From assembly GCA_002794465.1 (NCBI GenBank), contig MTSL01000075.1, positions 22,239-48,370 of the forward strand: a stretch of 26,132 bases of DNA. Direction: 5' to 3'. Under the pieces are notes generated by a model. It had not been told where the DNA came from. It saw nothing but the letters and a program-made list of their open reading frames with translations, and did no database searches. A program made the translations under genes and the position numbers. Origin of the DNA: Paramicrosporidium saccamoebae KSL3. Its lineage: Eukaryota > Fungi > Cryptomycota. How positions within the stretch are numbered: position 1 is the stretch's first letter; each line of letters opens with the position of its first letter. Below are positions 1 through 8,941 of the stretch, piece after piece.

Positions 1-123
1 ATGATTGCGGCGTGTTCAACGAGTCTACTCCTTCTTATGAGCACATTGCACCTCCTGGAGATAACAAAGCCGAGCTGTGAACATTTGGGCAAAGTCGAAA
101 TCCCGAGCCGCAAATAGCGACAT
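1..123 (-). CDS. Possible 5' end of an unknown gene running off the window start
   Basis: ATG at 123 (MSLFAARDFDFAQMFTARLCYLQE...) lies head-to-head with the ATG at 156 across a 32-bp AT-rich gap, like other divergent pairs here. The frame stops after 32 codons unless spliced, and no unambiguous intron was found. Confidence 0.3.
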
Positions 124-155
124 AGGAATAAGGAATATTTATTTAGTCTTTACAC

Positions 156-770
156 ATGAGCCTTCAGGTGCGATTTGAAAGGTGTGAATGGGCGTCAGCA
201 TCATTGACGCGTGTCAGAGATGCATTAGATGTTGCCAATGTTTCATTGACCAAAGGGCAGCGTGTGCAATATACACTGAGACTGTACCAGAGGAGTGGCG
301 ATGATGCCTCCACCCAGCCAGTGCTAATAGGCCGGTCGTCGGAAGAGCCAACCGTCTGCTGGATTTCTGGCACAGGCGGACAAATCTACAAGGCAAGTGG
401 AGAGATGGAGACAATTGTGACTAAATTATACGAAGGAGCCTACAAGGCACGCCAGTCCATTGTTATAGAGGTACCCTGTGCGTCTGAGGTCTAAGGTGAA
501 TAGGTCACAAAGTGCCTGGTTCGAAGTGTTGGAATTAGCTTTGGGACCCTGAGTGTGGGCTCTGTGACTCTTGGAGTGCTCGTCATGGTAACATTTCAAT
601 TGCTAAATGTATTGATCTCATAGATGGAAGGAGGGACGAGGGAACTCTTAGAATCCTACCTGCCTTGTAAATATTTTCCAAATCTTGCCGTGATGCATTC
701 GCTGGACCATACAAGCACGGAAGAGGACCTGATGACGGTCCTGTGCAACATCATTCCCATTATTATATAA
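156..770 (+). CDS. MED20: Mediator subunit Med20/Srb2-like protein; exons 156-470, 504-587, 624-770
   Basis: Removing GT-AG introns 471-503 (33 nt) and 588-623 (36 nt, GCTAA branch-like) gives a continuous frame ...METIVTKLYEGAYKARQSIVIE|VTKCLVRSVGISFGTLSVGSVTLGVLVM|MEGG...IIPIII*. The pattern resembles Med20 'FDVLMVKLKGFFQSAKASKIE...VKVGTVTMG...GISVEVE'. Family call is by recall only. Confidence 0.5.
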
Positions 771-802
771 AGGTCTTTTTTTCCTTTTCGGGCTGGATTT
801 GC

Positions 803-2527
803 ATGTCCGCATTGTCGCGGCAAGGGCGTCGTTCCCTGCCCGTTGTCAAAGGGGATGGATATCTGTGGCTGGACCGACTGCGCAACTCTTGTGCCGAGGC
901 GAGTAAGAGGTGGATGTTGCCGTCGCATCGACGACAGGTGGAGGCATTTTTGGATTTTCGCCACCCGCACGAATGGTACCCGCAGGCGCGACTTTATCCA
1001 CGCACAATATACTGCCATGTCGGGCCTACTAACTCTGGAAAGACTCATGCTGCCATCCAGCGGCTTCAGAGTGCTAAGCGGGGCGTGTACTGTGCGCCCC
1101 TTCGCTTGTTGGCAATGGAAATGTGGGAGCGTCTGAATGGTTTGGGCAAGAAATGTGCACTGCGGACGGGAGAGGTTACTTCAGGACCGATGGACGCTTT
1201 AGATGCGGAATATACTTCGGTAGACACATTGGCCTGCACTGTGGAGATGCTTGACCCAACGCGTGAATTTGATGTTGCCGTCATTGATGAAATCCAAATG
1301 ATCTCGGACGAACAGCGCGGCTGGGCTTTTACGCAGGCTTTATTGGGTGTCAACGCAAGAGAGGTCTATGTCTGTGGGGAAGAGGCCGTTGTCAATCTGA
1401 TCAAAAAGATTGCTGGTCAGAGTGGAGACAGGGTCGAGGTGATTAAATATGAGCGCCTGTCTGCATTGGTCGTGTCTGAAAAGTCCCTGGATGGAAGTCT
1501 ATCGCAATTGCAGACAGGTGACTGCGTGGTTGCATTTTCCAGGAAGCGGATTTTTCAAACCAAACTGTTGATTGAAATGAAGACTGGGAAGAAGTGCGCC
1601 GTCGTGTATGGCAATTTGCCAATGGAGAATCGATCTCTGCAGGCCAAGGCGTTCAATGAGCGTCAAGAAGGCGTAGACATTATGGTGGCATCAGATGCCA
1701 TTGGGATGGGCCTGAATTTGTAAGGTTTATTGGATTTTATAATTGGTAGGAACATACAGAGGATCATTTTCCACGACATTAAACAGCAATCCTCTGGTGG
1801 AATCCGACTGGTCCCTTCTAGTCGTATCAAGCAGATTGGAGGTCGGGCAGGACGGTTTGGATTTGGCAAAGCCGAGGGAATTGTCAGTTGTCTCCATGCC
1901 GAGGATATGGAATACATGACGGAATGTATGAAGACGCCAAACGAGGAGTATCTGGCGGCAGGACTGGCACCACCCGGACCTGTCATTGAAGAAATCAGTC
2001 GCCAATTCCCTGATCTGCCTCTTGTGGCCGTCTTGTCTGCGATCACCCATGCGGGAAAGTACTCGGCCCACTTTGTGCCCTGTTTGTCAGAAGACCAGCG
2101 ATTGGTAGCATACATGTTGGAGGAATTCCCCTCATTGACAACCACCGACAGACTAACGCTCTCCGCCGCACCGGTGCAATTGCGAGATCCTCGAATCATC
2201 TCCGCCTTCCAATGGTTTGTGAAGAGCATTGCAGAGAAGAAGCCGTGTCCCTTTCGTGTCGATTTGGGCCATCATCGACAAGCCATGGACTATCTTGGTC
2301 TTGCTGAGAGCTTCTACCGGACATTGGACTTGTATCTGTGGCTTGCAAGTCGATTTGCAGACATTTTCATAGATCGGCAAAAGGTAATGGTGAAGAGAGA
2401 AATGTGTAGCCAATTGGTCACACGTCTGCTCTCTCAAATCACTGTGTCTCGCACAGGGTCCTTTGAAAAGTCGGACATGACCACTTTGGATCAAATGCTA
2501 AAGGATGTAGATTCTCAGCCCAAATAG
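803..2527 (+). CDS. SUV3: Mitochondrial degradosome RNA helicase Suv3; exons 803-1719, 1750-2527
   Basis: Motifs HVGPTNSGKT, YCAPLRLLA, DVAVIDEIQM, VVAFSRKRIF, VYGNLP, ASDAIGMGLNL|NIQRIIF, KQIGGRAGRFG. A 30-nt intron 1720-1749 (gtaagg...tag) joins the two ORFs. First plausible ATG at 803 gives an Arg-rich presequence-like N-terminus. Confidence 0.96.
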
Positions 2528-2656
2528 AATTCCATGTATATATTAAAGCCGAGTATAAATGTTCTGTATATTAGGACTATGGGGATGCGAGGATGCATCT
2601 GTGATCTAGGAGCTCCCAATCAAGGATCTTTCGGTGATTGAGAAAGAGATATATCA

Positions 2657-2783
2657 TATTTGTGCGCTAGAGTGGACATATTTGTGGTGAAGTGGATCAA
2701 TTAGCTGAGTATTTGAGGACAGTGAGACGTATTCGTGTGCTAGAGTGGATCGCTTTGCTGGGTATTTGGGGACAGTAAGATGT
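2657..2783. repeat. Imperfect ~53-bp tandem duplication plus a partial third copy
   Basis: 2691-2730 vs 2744-2783 match at 33/40 nt. 2657-2676 vs 2730-2749 match at 18/20 nt (TATTYGTGYGCTAGAGTGGA). Confidence 0.8.
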
Positions 2784-2830
2784 GTATACATACTATTATA
2801 GGATTAGCAGTAAACAGAACCCCCTTCCCG

Positions 2831-2919
2831 TCCATACTATTTATCCCCACTACGCGACGATATAATACCATAGATACTCATTCCCAATCAAAAGTCTTTA
2901 CCATAAGCCCCTCAATTAC
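2831..2919 (-). other. Conserved non-coding element, copy A
   Basis: 2843-2868 matches 22597-22622 at 23/26 nt. CTCAATTAC is shared at 2911-2919 and 22659-22667. Confidence 0.7.
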
Positions 2920-3056
2920 CGAGCCAAATAAATGTTTAGGTCAGGTATAAAGTTTCACTAACTTGGAAACTCGGATGCACCGAAACTGACAACCAACTCG
3001 AGTAAGGATTCTTCCTGTCGCCTCATGAAGATATAGGTCAGACAGGAGGCGTTTTA

Positions 3057-3413
3057 TTAGCTCAGAAATTTGGATGCACTGTGCAAATGACAACTAGCCT
3101 GAGTAAGAATCTTCCCCGCTGCCTCAATCCGTTCCGAGACTTTCTGGATCCGTGTCTCGATCAAATCCGAGTCCCTCTCCTCAAGCACATTGTCGGTCTG
3201 CTCTTTGAACCATTTCCGAATTTGTGTTTGAGCCAGTCCAACCTCTTTTGAGACTTGGGCAACGATCCTTCGCGCGGGTAGCATGCCTTCGTGCTCCTTG
3301 TGGAGCTGGACGAGTCTCTGCAGCTGGGTGTAGGACATGCCATTAAAGTCGTCGGTGGAACAGTAGCGTTGGATCTCACACGCGAGACGACTCCGCCTGC
3401 GAACTGCTACCAT
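3057..3413 (-). CDS. Atypical homeodomain + coiled-coil protein (HD-A)
   Basis: MSYTQLQRLVQLHKEHEGMLPARRIVAQVSKEVGLAQTQIRKWFKEQ fits the three-helix homeodomain register (Q12, L13, L16, P26, L40, I45, W48, F49), followed by heptads. The listed ORF starts at GTG 3521; the first ATG is at 3413. Confidence 0.75.
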   Translation of the reverse strand: MVAVRRRSRLACEIQRYCSTDDFNGMSYTQLQRLVQLHKEHEGMLPARRIVAQVSKEVGLAQTQIRKWFKEQTDNVLEERDSDLIETRIQKVSERIEAAGKILTQASCHLHSASKFLS

Positions 3414-3567
3414 GTCGGCCAGGACAACGGGCCCGCTGGAGGGTTGACCACTTTCCTGAAATGGAAAGTGGATCGTTGATGGCACGGCGCCTTCCTTATT
3501 TGTCAAAAGTTTAATGCCCACTGAGGGGTCATGGCACTTTCAATGTTCAAGTAGCTTCACAGAAAAC

Positions 3568-3584
3568 ATGGTTTTCAAAACCAT
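3568..3584. promoter_or_regulatory. 17-bp inverted repeat ATGGTTTT-C-AAAACCAT between the two homeobox genes
   Basis: Perfect 8-bp arms with a 1-nt spacer, upstream of HD-A. The regulatory role is a guess. Confidence 0.3.
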
Positions 3585-3603
3585 ACTTTTATGAGCATCG
3601 CAA

Positions 3604-4239
3604 TTACCTAATTAGCCAACTAGGGGCAAAGTACACGAGAGAATCGGCATAGGCTCTAGATTTCTTCAATTCGTCTTCCAGCCATTCAATCTTTCTCTGA
3701 AACGACATAATCTGCCCCTCAATGTGATCGATCCTCCGCATCACTAGCTGCGTCTCGTTCTCCGGAACTCTGGGCACCTCATGGGTCGTATTGGGTTTGG
3801 AACGCTCGAGGAACCACTTTCGTATTCGGCTCTGCGACAGCCTAAGCTTTATGCTCAAACTGCGTATCTCACGACGAGACGGAAGCTTTCCACCATGCTC
3901 CAGAAATGCATGTTGAAGGTCAAACTGGTTCCGGTCGGTGAGCTGGCTAAACGTGTCACTGAAGCAAAAGGCATCCATTGGACTTGCTCTCTTTGCTCTC
4001 TTGCTTGGGACAATCGACAGGGTTCCGGTCGAGATGGATGCACAACTTGGATCACTGGGCACCTCTATTCCCGTCCGTCTCACTGTGTTGCAGACATTCG
4101 GATTCTCCTTTCCCATAACACTGTGGACGGCGGCGTCATTCTGTCCTTCCGATCGCCTGGATACACCGAAATTCCGCTCCATCCTCCGACCACATTCGCT
4201 CCATTCCTCCGGTCCAAACATGGATGTCTCCAGTCGCAT
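3604..4239 (-). CDS. Atypical homeodomain + coiled-coil protein (HD-B), paralogue of HD-A
   Basis: LTDRNQFDLQHAFLEHGGKLPSRREIRSLSIKLRLSQSRIRKWFLERS (L16, F20, P26, L34, L40, I45, W48, F49). C-terminal heptads LVMRRIDHIEGQIMSFQRKIEWLEDEL. ATG at 4239. Confidence 0.85.
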   Translation of the reverse strand: MRLETSMFGPEEWSECGRRMERNFGVSRRSEGQNDAAVHSVMGKENPNVCNTVRRTGIEVPSDPSCASISTGTLSIVPSKRAKRASPMDAFCFSDTFSQLTDRNQFDLQHAFLEHGGKLPSRREIRSLSIKLRLSQSRIRKWFLERSKPNTTHEVPRVPENETQLVMRRIDHIEGQIMSFQRKIEWLEDELKKSRAYADSLVYFAPSWLIR

Positions 4240-4305
4240 CCTTCCGCTACATTCCGGTATGACCCGAAGATTTTATACGTAAACTCCCAACTTTATTCAC
4301 GCCAA

Positions 4306-5020
4306 TCACACGCCAGCAGAGAAGCGTGTGACAATGGAGCCCCGGAGCGACTTTGTTGAGCGCGGCGTGTTGAGAGAGGTTTGAACGTCTGTGGTAATGC
4401 GCTCTCCACGTTTGCGTAGGTCAGCGGCTTGTTGTCGTTCACGGTAGGAGCGCTCCAGGAACCGGGCGTAGTCAATATAGGCGGTGAAGCACAGTATGCT
4501 CAACACAATCTACACGCCATCAGTCGGCATTATCATTGATCCTACCAGGGCCACACTAACAGAGACAAGGACAACACCCAGCACATAGTACAAGTCGAAC
4601 ACTCTTGGGCAATCGCCTGGACTGTCACAGAGTGACCTATATAGAGTCATCTTTGACAGATTCACTCCCACAATGATCGTCGCAATAATATTGAGCATAA
4701 CAGCCAGTCCGTCCAGCAGAATGAAAATCAAAATAAGCGTTCTCCGCCTCTGTCTACTCAGTCTCTTATGTCGCAAACTACCTTGAGGACAGCCGGCAAA
4801 CCGACGAGACTGACGAGCACTGCAAACCCGCTGACAATGATCTGGAATATGTTTGCATTTACAATCTCAGGGGTGATGAAAAACTTGGCGGTCAACAACA
4901 AAGAGCTGACAATCTACATTCAAGACAGCCCTCCTGCCATACTAAATCTGAAAAAATGGCTGTCCGGGCAGCAGTAGTTATGGAGCAGATTTTGAGAAAT
5001 CGGGGCTGCTCAGATTCCAT
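4306..5020 (-). CDS. Four-transmembrane (tetraspan-like) membrane protein, 205 aa; exons 5020-4943, 4913-4782, 4749-4546, 4509-4306
   Basis: Three phase-0 GT-AG introns (4914-4942, 4750-4781, 4510-4545) join MESEQPRFLKICSITTAARTAIFSDL|IVSSLLLTAKFF...VSLVGLPAVLK|RRRTLILIFILLDGLAV...CDSPGDC...YYVLGVVLVSVSVAL|IVLSILCF... It has four hydrophobic segments and a Cys pair in the second loop. Confidence 0.75.
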
Positions 5021-5398
5021 GTGAGTAAACAAAAAGGATTAATGCGGCGGTTGTAGTAAACCCTTTGTTATGGGCTTCTGATCCTTGTGGAGCTTGTGTT
5101 TATAAAAAAACAAAGGGCTGTCAGGTATTATCTATACTCTTCCGCAGTAGCAGGAATTCTTTAAATCTGGGCTGTAATTATGATATGATATACTCTCACA
5201 ATAGGCCCTTTATCCCTGGTTCTTAGACACGCACTCTTACAATTAAGCTCTAGAGTTAATTGTCATTTGCCAATTAAACTGACTTTATGGTAAAACGGTA
5301 GTGCGCCCAACTCTAGATCAAAAGGTTGAGTATTCAGATCGCTCTGTTTGACATCGATTCTGTTCGTGTTGCAGGGGCCAACAACGGGCTGCAGTCTT

Positions 5399-6329
5399 AT
5401 GGTACGAGAATCCATCTCGATTCTTCTCTGTCTAGGCTGAGCGAAAAGCAACCAACAAGTATTACCCACCTGACTGGGATCCCTCCAAGGTTTGTACAAG
5501 ATTGTGGGCATTGACGTGTACGTAGGGCTCCATTAATAAGCACCTTGGACAGCACCCGTTGCGCGCGCGTGCCCGCAAACTGAATGAGGGCATTCTCGTC
5601 ATCCGTTTTGAAATGCCTTTTAACATTTGGTGTCTTGGCTGCAACCAACACATTGGTCGTGGCGTCCGCTTCAATGCCGAGAAGAAAAAGGTTGGCGATT
5701 ACTACAGCACGGCCATCTGGAGTTTTCGCATGAAGTGTCATTTATGCAGCCACTGGATGGAGATTCGTACCGACCCAAAAAACTCGGAATATGTGGTTAC
5801 TGAGGGCGCGAAGCGGAAGATGGAGGAACGCAGCGCAGAGGAGCTGGGCATCAAGGCGCCGTTGGGGTTGAAGGAGGCCGAGATGATGCAGAACAATCCC
5901 TTCTTTAGACTTGAGCACCAGGTGGCAGACGAAAAGGTAGCACAAGTAATGGTGCCAAAACTGAGTGCCATACAGACAGTGAATGAGCGGACTTGGAAGG
6001 ACGACTACGAGGCCAGTAGACTTTTGCGCAAAAAGTTTAGAGAGGAGAAGCAGCTGATGAATGAGGAGCGTAGTCGAGTTGATGCACTAAGGTCAAAATT
6101 GTCTATAGACTTGAAGCTGCCAAAAGAACGCGAAGAAGATGTCGTCATGGCCAGAAATCTTGGTCTGGATAGGAGGAAGACTGAAAGCCTGAGTGAAGCG
6201 ACAAAGCGCATTAGAGACGATTCCATCTTTGGCAACCGCCCTAATATCAAGAAGTTGTCGTTTGGAGACGAAATTGATGAACCCCTAGATCTTGTTCCCA
6301 AGCGGATGCTGAGACCTCGAAAGGAATAG
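5399..6329 (+). CDS. YJU2B: Splicing factor YJU2B/CCDC130 (Saf4 family); exons 5399-5401, 5436-5489, 5526-6329
   Basis: M|AERKATNKYYPPDWDPSK|GSINKHLGQHPLRARARKLNEGILVIRFEMPFNIWCLGC...GVRFNAEKKKVGDYYST...FRMKCHLC...TDPKN matches the CCDC130 N-terminus. Introns at 5402-5435 and 5490-5525. Confidence 0.93.
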
Positions 6330-6337
6330 TGCTTTAT

Positions 6338-7639
6338 TTACATATTCACAGTGTCCCCCATATCAAGTTGCGATTCCGAAAGTGAAATTGACACTGGCCG
6401 ATATTTCATTCTACTGCTAAGAACTGCAACCCAGCGATCCCGCTCGGCTTCTGAAGCACACTGGAAAACATAGCGATCCCTTCTCCCCTCTACCAACTGT
6501 CCGTTGACGTATTTTGCACTTTTGATTAGCGGCAAGACGTCGCCCCTCCCAAACAAAAAACTTTGACTAGACGCATTGCTCTTGACGCTCCTCATGCTGC
6601 CCACGGAAACCACTGTGCCTAGAGAGCCCGCGGTCGATTGGGCCTGGATTGAACCATCTAACCAGGACCCGCCCTGCAAGCTATCGTCTGCTGTGATTTC
6701 AAAGCGAAACTTGCCGCGTCGATCGAGAGGACGTACAGTGAGGTCCTCAAGAGGGATGACGCCGCGTGGAGACTTGTCTTGGTGACTGTAGAAATAATAG
6801 AGACATCCATTGACAATGACGCACCAGCGACGATTCCAAGAGTGGAAACGGTCACTCTTCTTCCAGAGCATTCCCTCCAGGTCACAAGAACTCAGAGTGT
6901 AATCAAAAATTCCCTCCGTTTCAGTTGTTAATTCATCCTTGGCGATCGAGTCGAAAATGTCCTTGGAGATTAGTCACAGTGGCGCGAATATACTGATAGT
7001 AGACTGTCGGGGACGTTTGTAGCCTCTTCAATTGCTTTGCTATTGGTAATGAAAATCTCTTTGGACATTCTCCGTGGGTTGTTGGGGTTATGGAGGTCCG
7101 TGTTTAGGAGAATCATAGAAAAGGACAATACAAAGACGGTGCTGCTGCTGGGAAAGGTGGTTGGGTTGCACTCATGAAAATGCTCTGCAAAGGCCTGTAG
7201 GAGACGATCAATTTTCTGTGCTTCCCCCGGCAGCTTGAACCTTGCCAACAGCCTCCTAAGCGCCGTCTCTAAGGAAAGACCTGCCATTGATATCATTTCT
7301 AAATAACACTTCAGCACGTTTTGATTTTTCTTATGACTAAAACATGATCCACATTAGTTGCAGTACAATCCAGCCAAGTACTCGCCAATCTGCACTCGAT
7401 CAAGGAATCCACAATGCTGCAGGAAGCTGGCAATTTCCCTTGGGTTATCTTCAATCAGCTGGTTCCGAACGAGGAATTCAATGCCCTTTTCGGCACTCAC
7501 CGCAAACTTGCTGCGCGCCTTGTCAATGGCATCAGTCCGGTGCGTGCCCTTTCTCGGACTCGCAGTCCCCGTCACTGTTCTAAAAATCAGCTGCTTGGCC
7601 AGAGTACATTAGAGGGACCGTGATGTTCGTCTCCTCCAT
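6338..7639 (-). CDS. Cytohesin/ARNO-type Arf-GEF (Sec7 + PH); introns ~7580-7607, 7337-7366, 6962-6993
   Basis: Sec7 motifs KGIEFL, QIGEYL, FKLPGEAQKIDR (catalytic Glu) and VLSFSMILLNTDLHNP. PH motifs GMLWKK..FHSWNRRW, CLYYF, PRGVIPLEDL, and the cytohesin hairpin LIKSAKYVNGQLVEG. The first intron boundary is ambiguous. Confidence 0.9.
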
Positions 7640-7728
7640 TAATAGCAACACTCACGACACCAACTAATTGTACCAATCAGCCCATCTACCCCAAAACGGC
7701 AACAATCAACGGGTAATTCATTATCTTT

Positions 7729-8817
7729 ATGCTTCGCTTCCTGCGGACGGCGCGCCGGTTTGGGACCGTAGCAGAGGGCAATCCGATTGATATGGGTTAC
7801 GTCATGTCGCTGATTGAAAGACCAGTGGAACGTCCCAAAACTGGCTTTAGGATGACTCCGGAACGGTGGCCAGACATTTCCGTATCGGCATCGGTGTTTA
7901 AGCTGAATTTGGATGAATACCGCATGGAAAAGGTAGCCGAGCGCAGCACGCCGCAGCCAGATGCATCCCAGATGCAGAATGTGCATGAAGAGGACGAATT
8001 TTGGCCCTTGTTGAGTGACAATGGAACGGCGTCGTTAGACGAGGTCATTGACAACAACCTCTCCCCGAACAAGACACAGGATGCCGAGACGAGTTTGAGA
8101 AAAATTGAGGGCATGCTAAAGACAATTGGTAGGGGCCGGTGGAATGTGGGTGATCGGAGGAACAAGTCAAACGAACGCTTCATTTCTCATTTGGAAGAGA
8201 TTTCATTTGGCGATTTGAAAAACAAGTCACTCTATTCGGTGCTTTCTAAGGCATTTGATGTTGAGACGGTCATACCCGACGTAGCCGTAGAAGAGTCCAC
8301 ACCAACGGTCCCAGAACAGTTGCCGATAATTCCAGATACTCCGTTGGTGCTGAGTGGGATTGATCTGCACTTGGTGGAGTTTGCACAGCTACAAAGACTG
8401 GCTAGATTGTATGGAATTGAAGATCAGTCGTCCCGAAACCAGCTGGAACGCAAATTGTGCAAATGGTTTGGAAAATTAATTGCTGATGGTTCTCCATTTA
8501 AGAGGATCCAGTATTTATCTGACGAGACGCTTCGGCACTTTACTCCCAAGAAAGCGCAAGGGCCGCCCACCACTTGGACAGAAGAGGAAGATTTGCAATT
8601 GGTCCGATTAACTGAAAAGATTAGAGATGCACGTCTTCATATTGTCAACCAAGTGGATTCCTATTTGCAGGAAAATCATTGCAGCCAATCCGCTCCGGAG
8701 GTTGACGAGAGTGACAATCTCTGGGAGGTGGTGGCGCAAAACTTTGTTGCCACGCCCAAGGCCTGTAGGAAACGCTGGATGCTCTTGCTGCGAATGCGCG
8801 AAATGTGTGCGAAATAG
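7729..8817 (+). CDS. Hypothetical protein with mitochondrial-presequence-like N-terminus and C-terminal Myb/SANT-like repeat
   Basis: 362-aa ATG ORF. N-terminus MLRFLRTARRFG; C-terminus TTWTEEEDLQLVRL...LWEVVAQNF..TPKACRKRWMLL has the Myb W-W-W pattern with an insertion. Confidence 0.8.
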   Translation: MLRFLRTARRFGTVAEGNPIDMGYVMSLIERPVERPKTGFRMTPERWPDISVSASVFKLNLDEYRMEKVAERSTPQPDASQMQNVHEEDEFWPLLSDNGTASLDEVIDNNLSPNKTQDAETSLRKIEGMLKTIGRGRWNVGDRRNKSNERFISHLEEISFGDLKNKSLYSVLSKAFDVETVIPDVAVEESTPTVPEQLPIIPDTPLVLSGIDLHLVEFAQLQRLARLYGIEDQSSRNQLERKLCKWFGKLIADGSPFKRIQYLSDETLRHFTPKKAQGPPTTWTEEEDLQLVRLTEKIRDARLHIVNQVDSYLQENHCSQSAPEVDESDNLWEVVAQNFVATPKACRKRWMLLLRMREMCAK

Positions 8818-8941
8818 ATTGACCCCACTGAACGCCGGATTGAGCGCTGAACTAAGTTACTGGTGTGGTCCCATTAGAGTGGCACAATTGTCATGTTTCA
8901 ATTGATTTAGATATAATAAACCTGCGACACTTGATTGGCCA

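Noticed and set aside
743-4239. RNA helicase next to homeobox pair as a mating-type (sex/MAT) locus
   Set aside because: The Mucorales/microsporidian sex-locus helicase is a DEAD-box RnhA flanking an HMG gene, not Suv3. Basidiomycete HD1/HD2 genes are divergent non-paralogues, whereas these are co-oriented paralogues. No MIP, SLA2, APN2 or TPT neighbours are present.
5161-5400. snRNA/SRP RNA candidates in intergenic gaps (for example GGCTGTAAT at 5169)
   Set aside because: No continuation matching U1, U2, U4, U5, U6 or SRP consensus that I can recognise. An Rfam/Infernal scan would be decisive.
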